Source: Parcubacteria group bacterium RIFCSPLOWO2_01_FULL_48_18
Lineage (GTDB): Bacteria > Patescibacteriota > Minisyncoccia > UBA6257 > WO2-01-48-18
Reading direction: 5' to 3'
DNA length: 64,000 nt
Assembly: GCA_001824435.1 (NCBI GenBank)
Contig: MHXH01000018.1
Location: 1,458-65,457 of the forward strand
This document shows, piece by piece, positions 57,149-64,000 of this stretch. Both the position numbers and the translations under genes were made by a program. The notes below the pieces were generated by a model. It was not told the origin of the DNA. It saw only the letters and a program-made list of their open reading frames with translations, and did no database searches. Numbering within the stretch: position 1 is the first letter of the stretch; the number at the start of each line of letters is the position of its first letter.

Positions 57149-58972
57149 ATGTGCGGCATCGTTGGTTACATTGGTAAACGGCAAGCACTGCCCATAGGAC
57201 TGGCCGGCTTAGAGACTTTAGAATACCGCGGCTATGACAGCGCGGGTTTTGCAATTTGCAATCCGGGCCGCGTAACGCTGGTGAAACAGGTCGGCTACGT
57301 TCAACAACTTAAAGACAAAATCGAAAATCAGAATATAGCCGGCAACCTCTGCATACTCCATACAAGATGGGCAACGCATGGCACCCCGAACGAAGTAAAT
57401 GCGCATCCGCACCATGATTGCGCCGGTCGGGTTTATCTTGTCCATAACGGCATCATTGAAAACTATAAAGAACTCAAGAATTATCTTGGGCAGCGCGGCC
57501 ACGCATTTATTTCAGAAACCGACACCGAGGTCATGCCTCACCTTATCGAAGAGCTCCTTAAGGATGAGAACGATTTCAAGACGGCGCTTTTCAACGCCTT
57601 AAAAATGATCGAGGGGACGTATGCGTTCGCGATCATCAACAAAGAGGATCCGCACACTCTCTATGCCGCACGCCTTTCTTCTCCTCTGGTTATCGGCGTG
57701 GGCAACGAAGAGAACTTTCTGGCATCGGACCCATCAGCGCTCATTGAATCCACCAGAAAGGTCATCTACCTCAAAGACGGCGAAGTGGCGGAAATGACGA
57801 AAGACTCCATTGTCATTACCGACCTTGATCAGCGCCCCACCCCATTAAAAGTCGAACAGTTAGAATGGACTCTCGAGCAGGCGCAAAAAGGCAATTTTCC
57901 ACACTTCATGCTCAAAGAAATTTTCGAGGGACCGGAGGTGGTCAAAGCCGCAATACAAGGACGCCTCAAGCCACGCGAGCATCTTGTAAAATTGGGAGGG
58001 CTTGAGCTTGCGCAAAAAAGACTAAACGCCATGCGCCGTCTTATTATTCTCGCGTGCGGAACTTCATATTATGCAGGCCTTGTCGGCGAATACATTTTTG
58101 AAGAAATTGCAGGAATCCCGACCGAAGTGCATTTTGCTTCAGAATTTCGCTACCGCGAGGAGCCGTTTGAACCCGGAACCGTCGCGCTTGCCATTTCCCA
58201 GTCCGGAGAAACCGCCGATACGCTTGCGGCCCTACGCAAAGCGAAAAAAGCCGGACTACTAACTCTTGGCCTTGTCAATGTCGTGGGTTCGACTATCGCG
58301 CGGGAAACAGATGCAGGGGTATACAACCACGCAGGGCCGGAAATAGGCGTTGCCTCGACCAAGGCATTCCTCTCACAACTCACCACTCTAATACTTATGG
58401 CGCTCTACGTATCCAAAAAACGCGGCGCGTTCCACACGGCGTTGATGCAAGAACTTATGGAAATTCCAAAAAAAATTCAATCGATACTCGACGCATCAGA
58501 ACAAATACAGCAATTGGCGGCCACCTATGCCACGCATTCCAATTTTCTCTTTTTGGGAAGACGATATAATTATCCGGTTGCCCTGGAGGGCGCCTTAAAA
58601 CTCAAAGAAATTTCTTACATCCATGCCGAAGGATACGGCGCCGGGGAAATGAAGCACGGCCCCATCGCAATGGTCGGACCGGATTTTCCAACCATCGCAG
58701 TCGTACCCTCGAACAGCGTATCGGATAAGATGTATTCCAATATCCAGGAAATCAAGGCTCGTCGGGGACCGATGATTGCCGTCGCCACCGAGGGCGACGA
58801 ACACATCTCGTCGCTTGCCGACCATGTGCTGTATATTCCCAAAACCCTCGAGCCGCTTGAACCGCTTCTCTCGATTGTCCCGCTTCAACTGTTCGCATAC
58901 TACATGGGCACCAAACGCGGTTATAATGTAGATAGACCGAGAAATCTCGCAAAAAGCGTTACTGTTGAATAA
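57149..58972 (+). CDS. glmS: Glutamine--fructose-6-phosphate aminotransferase
   Basis: MCGIVG, EYRGYDSAG, HTRWATHG, HNGIIEN, SQSGETADT, PRNLAKSVTVE. Confidence 0.98.
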   Translation: MCGIVGYIGKRQALPIGLAGLETLEYRGYDSAGFAICNPGRVTLVKQVGYVQQLKDKIENQNIAGNLCILHTRWATHGTPNEVNAHPHHDCAGRVYLVHNGIIENYKELKNYLGQRGHAFISETDTEVMPHLIEELLKDENDFKTALFNALKMIEGTYAFAIINKEDPHTLYAARLSSPLVIGVGNEENFLASDPSALIESTRKVIYLKDGEVAEMTKDSIVITDLDQRPTPLKVEQLEWTLEQAQKGNFPHFMLKEIFEGPEVVKAAIQGRLKPREHLVKLGGLELAQKRLNAMRRLIILACGTSYYAGLVGEYIFEEIAGIPTEVHFASEFRYREEPFEPGTVALAISQSGETADTLAALRKAKKAGLLTLGLVNVVGSTIARETDAGVYNHAGPEIGVASTKAFLSQLTTLILMALYVSKKRGAFHTALMQELMEIPKKIQSILDASEQIQQLAATYATHSNFLFLGRRYNYPVALEGALKLKEISYIHAEGYGAGEMKHGPIAMVGPDFPTIAVVPSNSVSDKMYSNIQEIKARRGPMIAVATEGDEHISSLADHVLYIPKTLEPLEPLLSIVPLQLFAYYMGTKRGYNVDRPRNLAKSVTVE

Positions 58973-59029
58973 GAACCCCTAAAGGGGCGAGATTCCAAAT
59001 TCAAGATTCCAGATTCTAAATTCTAAACC

Positions 59030-60421
59030 TTGAACGCTCCTCTTGTTGTCATAGCCGTCATAATAGGTATTGTGATTCTGGTATATGTCGTCAACAACCC
59101 TCCGCCGATTCAGATGCAGGGCGTTGTTGAGGTTGGAAAAAATCAAACCGGGCCTACCGGCGCAAACGAAACTCCGGCGCCGGTCACCGGCGTGGTAGAA
59201 CAATCAACCCCTCCTTCGCGGCCGTCCGCGCAAACAAAAACTCCTCCACCTTCGCGTCCGGCTTCCCCGCAAAAATCCCCTTCGGCGTCCTCCCCGTGCG
59301 AGAAACCGTATATCAACGCATTTATCGGTTGCTATTATACAGGCACTGATCTTGACGAATTTAAATTCAGCCGCATAGATGCGCAAATTAATTTCGACTG
59401 GGGATTTAATGCTCCGGATGAACGCCTGTTTTCCGATATCTTTTCGGTGAAATGGAGCGGCTTTTTTGCTTTTGCGTCCGACACGTACGAATTCCAGGCG
59501 ACGAGCGACGACGGCATGCGGGCTTATGTTGACGGCAAGCTCATTCTCGACAAATGGTTCAAGCAAACACCGACACTCTACCGCGTACAAAAACATCTAA
59601 GCGCGGGCGCGCATACGGTCACGGTTGAATATTATGAAGACGGCGGCGGCGCAGTGGCAAAGCTTTCGTGGATGAAAGCAAACGAAGCCGCAAAAATCGC
59701 TCCACCCTCTCTCGCGTCAGACGCAGTTCCTCCGTCCGGCTTCCAACTGAAAGACCTGTCGCCGTTTTACGGAAAAGCGTGGCTGTCGATCTCTGGCGGA
59801 TGGTGGTACGGCAGCGGCTTTCCGTCAGTAGAGGTTGGATCCCGAGCCGCGAGCGGTGAATCAAAGCTGAACATCACCGGATGGCGAATTAAATCGAATA
59901 GGGACGAAATAACGGTGCCGCAGGCAGTGGAAATAGTGTATCCGGGTGGGGTCGGCGCTGCGCAAGACATCATGCTCGCATCAAATCAATTTGCCCGCAT
60001 CTTTCTCACCGGCGGCAGCGCCGGAAGCCAACTGGGCTATAACATCCGCTTGAATATGTGTACCGGCTATCTCAACGAAACGTACGGCTTTGATCCGGCG
60101 CTCCCCGTCTCCTGTCCGAGACCGTCATGGTCTGACGACGACCACCTTCCCGGTTATTGCCAAGATTACATTGCGCAAATATCCACGTGCACCACGCCGC
60201 AAGACATGCCGCTTTACATACAAAATGAAGAACCATGCCGCAATTTTATAAACGAACGCTTCGGTTATCCCGTCTGTTTTGAACAAAACCGGCTGCGTCC
60301 TAATTTCCTCTCCGATGAATGGCGAGTATATGTTAATCGTTCAAGCATCCTGGATCCCCTACACGACAGAGTTCTTCTGCTCGATAGGAACAGCCTTTTA
60401 GTGGATATGTATACCTATTAA
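59030..60421 (+). CDS. Membrane-anchored PA14-domain protein with Cys-rich C-terminal domain
   Basis: N-terminal TM, Pro-rich linker; INFDWG..P....D.FSVKW.G, SDDG.R.YVDG, VEYYE.GG.A. Confidence 0.85.
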   Translation: MNAPLVVIAVIIGIVILVYVVNNPPPIQMQGVVEVGKNQTGPTGANETPAPVTGVVEQSTPPSRPSAQTKTPPPSRPASPQKSPSASSPCEKPYINAFIGCYYTGTDLDEFKFSRIDAQINFDWGFNAPDERLFSDIFSVKWSGFFAFASDTYEFQATSDDGMRAYVDGKLILDKWFKQTPTLYRVQKHLSAGAHTVTVEYYEDGGGAVAKLSWMKANEAAKIAPPSLASDAVPPSGFQLKDLSPFYGKAWLSISGGWWYGSGFPSVEVGSRAASGESKLNITGWRIKSNRDEITVPQAVEIVYPGGVGAAQDIMLASNQFARIFLTGGSAGSQLGYNIRLNMCTGYLNETYGFDPALPVSCPRPSWSDDDHLPGYCQDYIAQISTCTTPQDMPLYIQNEEPCRNFINERFGYPVCFEQNRLRPNFLSDEWRVYVNRSSILDPLHDRVLLLDRNSLLVDMYTY

Positions 60422-60423
60422 GG

Positions 60424-60471
60424 CGTTCGAGCGTCCTGGATCCGTTCCACGACCGAATTCTTCTGCTCGAC
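60424..60471 (+). pseudogene. Diverged duplicate of 16 codons near the C-terminus of the PA14 gene
   Basis: 40/48 nt identical to 60338-60385; RSSVLDPFHDRILLLD vs RSSILDPLHDRVLLLD. Confidence 0.75.
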
Positions 60472-60631
60472 GGAGCGGAACCCCGTACTGAAAGCCACTC
60501 ATCTATGGGTTTACGCCCGTGGCTTTCTGGTGCGTGGGTAAACGTTTAGTCAATATTCCTACGATCGCAAAGATATTGACTAATGGCACCAGAACTTACG
60601 CAGTTGTCAGTAGCAATTCAAATCCTGCAGA

Positions 60632-61678
60632 TCATTTTCTCTCGGCGAGCGTTACCGGAATTTTCATCTCTTTGCCCTTGCGCATGACGGTAAGGGCAAT
60701 GACGTCTCCCACGCCATATTCATCCAAATGGTCCTGGAGGGTTTTTTCGGCAGTAAGTTTTTGGCCGTTGCACGCAATCACAATATCTTTTTCTTTCACG
60801 CCTGCCTGATCCGCGGGAGAGCCGGGTATAACCCCATAATCCGACGGCCCTTCTTTAATGACATACGCTCCGTGGTCAACGGGCAGTGTATACTTCTTCT
60901 GCAACTTCTCGTCCAAAATAAGATATCTCAAACCGAGCAGCGGCCTCCTGATGCGTCCGTACGTTTGCAAATCAGCGAGGTCGCGTTTTGCGGTATCTAT
61001 AGGAATTGCAAAGCTGATATTCTGCGCGCCGGATATCACCGCGGCGTTTATGCCGATTACTTTCCCTTCAATGTCCACAAGCGGTCCTCCCGAGTTTCCG
61101 GGATTGATTGCGGCATCGGTCTGAATGAGTCCGCGCAATTCCTGCGCCGGCCCTGTCGGGTCCGGACGAGCGGAAATATACCGCGAGAGTCCGGAAACAA
61201 TTCCGGCGGAAACCGTATTCTTGAAAAGGCCGAGCGCGTTTCCGACGGCAATTACCGTTTGCCCCAATTCAAGATCGGAAGAGTTTCCGAGTTCGATAAC
61301 GGGCAAATGTTCCGCCGCAATTTTTATTATCGCGACATCATTGATCGGATCGCGTGCCAATATTTGAGCCGGATACTTCTCGCCGGTATCAAGAAGCACC
61401 GTGTACTCTGCTTTTCCTTCGGAAACCACGTGTTTATTGGTAAGAATGATCCCGTCCTTATCGACGACAAAGCCGGAGCCGCCGCCGACGCGCACCCGAC
61501 CATCGGCTTCCACCTCCTCTTCCGGCACCTGCAATTTTCCTCCTTGGTGCGGAAGATACGGCAGTAGTTCTGCCGGCACCTCTTTTTCAACCTCTTCCAG
61601 CGTCTTCGTCACTACGATCGAAACAACCGCGGGCATCACTTTTTTTATTGCGTCAATAACAGGAGATGATTCCTTCAT
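60632..61678 (-). CDS. HtrA/DegP-like trypsin serine protease with one PDZ domain
   Basis: GSGFVV, TNKHVV, DVAIIKI, IQTDAAINPGNSGGPL, GSPA..AG...DIV. Confidence 0.93.
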   Translation of the reverse strand: MKESSPVIDAIKKVMPAVVSIVVTKTLEEVEKEVPAELLPYLPHQGGKLQVPEEEVEADGRVRVGGGSGFVVDKDGIILTNKHVVSEGKAEYTVLLDTGEKYPAQILARDPINDVAIIKIAAEHLPVIELGNSSDLELGQTVIAVGNALGLFKNTVSAGIVSGLSRYISARPDPTGPAQELRGLIQTDAAINPGNSGGPLVDIEGKVIGINAAVISGAQNISFAIPIDTAKRDLADLQTYGRIRRPLLGLRYLILDEKLQKKYTLPVDHGAYVIKEGPSDYGVIPGSPADQAGVKEKDIVIACNGQKLTAEKTLQDHLDEYGVGDVIALTVMRKGKEMKIPVTLAERK

Positions 61679-61939
61679 GATGCTTTTTTTATAATTTACG
61701 TCACGTCCGTCTCGACTCGCGTCAGCGAAGTTGGGCCGGATCGAAGGAGAAACAGATCGCTCGCCCCTTATCCCTGTCCCTTGTCACTATTGATGATATC
61801 ACATGGCCGGCTTCGTTGAAACGCCACGGCCGAGGAATATCACGCGCAGAGGAATCACCACCTTCATCCGTGCAACAAGCTGCTGGATATTCTGGAAAAA
61901 CAATAACCCCGATTAACCATCAAGGTTTCTTAACCCGAT

Positions 61940-61976
61940 AAAAATCAGTTCCGATGAGACCGAAACTGATTTTTTA
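61940..61976. terminator. Terminator after the surface-protein gene
   Basis: AAAAATCAGTT...AACTGATTTTT. Confidence 0.55.
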
Positions 61977-62007
61977 TTGCGCAGCCCCGCTAATCTACAT
62001 AGCCTGC

Positions 62008-64000
62008 CTATTCGATGAGGCTGTTTATTTTCGCCCGCGTCGCCACACCCACAAATCCGTTGCCGGCGCCTAGTCCATTCGGAGTAAGAATTTCAGACGC
62101 ATACTTTTCTTGGAATTTCATCACCGCAGCTTTGGTAAGCGGACCAAGGTACCCGGTTATCTCTCCGGTCGGATACACTCCTTCGTCTTTGAGCAGCTGC
62201 TGAAGCGTTTTTACGTCGTCGCCGCGGGATCCTGCCGTAAGATTTCTCTCAAGACGCCGGAGCGCTGTTTTTAGTCCCGGAACCGAAGGCAATTTCTCAA
62301 CTAAACCGCGCAGCTGGGCCAGCGCGTTCAGTTTAAGTCGCGTAAGCGAGCCCACAAAGCCAGTACCCCTCAAAACTCCGGCCGGTTTCAAAACCTCGGA
62401 ATTATATTTTTCTTGAAGTCGCGCTACGGCTGTCTGCGTGAGCGGACCGAATGTACCCGTAACAAGGCCTTCCGGATACACTCCTTCTATTTTCAAAAGC
62501 TCTTGCAATTTCTTTACGTCCTCTCCCCGATCGCCTAACTTAAGACTTCTCGCAAACACCGATACCAATGAGGGGGGAAACGGTAGTACAGTAACCGTAG
62601 AAGAAGAAACCTCTTTTGCAGACGTTTTGCTCGGCGTTCCGACAACAGTTGCGGCAACCTGATTCACGTTCGGCGACTCATTGCCCGCAGAATCTACGGC
62701 GCGAACAATATAATAGTATGTGACGCCGCCTGTAAGTCCTGTATCCTTCTGGGAGGCGCCGGTTACATTGTTATATACGACAGCTCCAGGTTCTCCTTTT
62801 TTCTCCGAACGATACATCTTTGCATACTTAAAATCTTTAGCCGGATTCTGCCATGAAATAAGGACTACGCCCGCTTCCGAATTTGAAAGCGTGACACCAG
62901 CGGGTGCCTCTGGCGCAGTACTGTCCGCACTTCCTATAATCGCAAACCGCGTAAGATGATCGACGAGGGCCGTCACCACATTATTGGTTTTGTCCACAGC
63001 CGACTGGTCCAATTCGCGCCATGAATCGGTTGTTTCGTCCCAGAACGCGGCCTTAAGCTGATCCTCTGTAATGCCGTACTGCACTAGCAGATCGTCGGTA
63101 TATGGAATTTCTACGGTTGCGCCTTGATTTAATTTAGTCACCAGCGACCCTGCCGTATCTCGCGCTTCAATATTGTATGCCACGCCTATCACCTGACTGG
63201 TACCCTGCGAAGGAGCCTCGGCATCCGGAGTAATGCTCACCGTCACCGTACCTCCGGTGGCAACCGCAGACCCGGGAAGCGTAAGCGCAGTACCATTTGC
63301 AGTTTCCACATATGCTGCGCCGGATGCGTCTATTTTCTTTATTTCAGGCGGCGGCAGTACAAATTCAAACAAGGACAACACAAGGTCTTGAACCACGTTC
63401 GCATCAATAACCTCAATCTGCAACTCGCTACTCTTATAAGGTTTTCCCTCTAATTCTTTGCCCGCCCTCACTCGCCAGGGTCCGGCTGCTACTTTTAAGG
63501 AATAGACCCCATTTTGGTCTGTCCGCGCTTCTGAAAATCCGCCTTGTTCTGACCATCCCCACACAAACGCATTCGCGACTCCCTTATCCTCAAGCAACAC
63601 GCGGCCGGAAATCATCAATCCCGCGGACCGAAACGCCAAATTGACAGTAGCCACCCCTCCTCCTGATACAGAGAACTCCTGCTCGAGAGGATTCAAAAGG
63701 CCAGAATCAAACGGCACAAATGCATTCACATAGTACGTTCCTGCCGGCACGCTTACCTTGTATGTGCCGTCGCTCGCGGTTTCTGTTCCTGCAACAAATA
63801 CGTTATACGCAGGAGGCGATCCATATCCTCCTGCTAAACTTACCTTGGCAATCTTCACAAAAGCACCTGGCGCCGGCTCGCCGTTCGGTTTAGTCGCTTT
63901 TCCGCTCACGGTTGCGTCCGCTTTAACTACCGTGAAGTCCCGGCTCGCTTGTGCTCCTTTAGCAACTATCACGGTTACTTCCCCTTTCTGCACAGAATAA
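62008..64000 (-). CDS. Large surface protein (5' end outside window): carboxypeptidase-regulatory-like repeats, Fn3, two C-terminal PG-binding domains; paralog of 1662..9905
   Basis: Frame open to the window edge; shares HLTRFAI and ARSLKLGD...EGVYPEGLVTG...QEKY.SE.L.P.G...G.GFVG with the giant protein. Confidence 0.85.
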   Translation of the reverse strand, partial: YSVQKGEVTVIVAKGAQASRDFTVVKADATVSGKATKPNGEPAPGAFVKIAKVSLAGGYGSPPAYNVFVAGTETASDGTYKVSVPAGTYYVNAFVPFDSGLLNPLEQEFSVSGGGVATVNLAFRSAGLMISGRVLLEDKGVANAFVWGWSEQGGFSEARTDQNGVYSLKVAAGPWRVRAGKELEGKPYKSSELQIEVIDANVVQDLVLSLFEFVLPPPEIKKIDASGAAYVETANGTALTLPGSAVATGGTVTVSITPDAEAPSQGTSQVIGVAYNIEARDTAGSLVTKLNQGATVEIPYTDDLLVQYGITEDQLKAAFWDETTDSWRELDQSAVDKTNNVVTALVDHLTRFAIIGSADSTAPEAPAGVTLSNSEAGVVLISWQNPAKDFKYAKMYRSEKKGEPGAVVYNNVTGASQKDTGLTGGVTYYYIVRAVDSAGNESPNVNQVAATVVGTPSKTSAKEVSSSTVTVLPFPPSLVSVFARSLKLGDRGEDVKKLQELLKIEGVYPEGLVTGTFGPLTQTAVARLQEKYNSEVLKPAGVLRGTGFVGSLTRLKLNALAQLRGLVEKLPSVPGLKTALRRLERNLTAGSRGDDVKTLQQLLKDEGVYPTGEITGYLGPLTKAAVMKFQEKYASEILTPNGLGAGNGFVGVATRAKINSLIE

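Noticed and set aside
60338-60471. Diversity-generating retroelement TR/VR pair
   Set aside because: Mismatches are not adenine-specific, the repeat is only 48 nt, and no reverse transcriptase is in the window.
60490-60527. IS200/IS605 end hairpin (GAAAGCCAC...GTGGCTTTC)
   Set aside because: Only a vague resemblance, with no tnpA/tnpB; may simply be a terminator between convergent genes.

Overview
Bacterial chromosomal window, most likely a CPR/Patescibacteria (Parcubacteria-like) genome. This is inferred from the short IF2, the tandem VirB2/TrbC-like pilin array, giant peptidoglycan-binding surface proteins, a domain-stuffed LeuRS, several starts placed just after a -10 box, and many small palindromic/heptamer insertions. 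Housekeeping genes (ftsH, pilT, rbfA, infB, rpsA, gyrA, relA/spoT-like, recG, tatD, leuS, sppA, glmS, htrA; four intact tRNAs) alternate with accessory modules. The main candidate novel system is at 16668-22267 (minus strand). It is a compact ubiquitin-like conjugation operon: a coiled-coil/E2-like protein with HPH...VC, a JAB/MPN+ peptidase, a ThiF/E1, and a beta-grasp Ubl ending in GG-K. It lies directly downstream of a translationally coupled divergent ClpP plus classical-clade AAA+ ATPase pair, so it may be a tag-unfold-degrade (ubiquitin-proteasome-like) pathway. Other notable items: an intact tRNA-Cys nested inside the anticodon of a second, split tRNA-Cys; LeuRS with inserted alpha/beta-hydrolase and Nudix domains plus several in-frame repeat insertions; a membrane-anchored RavA/ViaA-like pair; a beta-propeller inserted in the lamin-tail domain of a 2.7k-aa surface protein; and three MITE-like elements. 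All calls come from reading motifs by eye; no searches were run.
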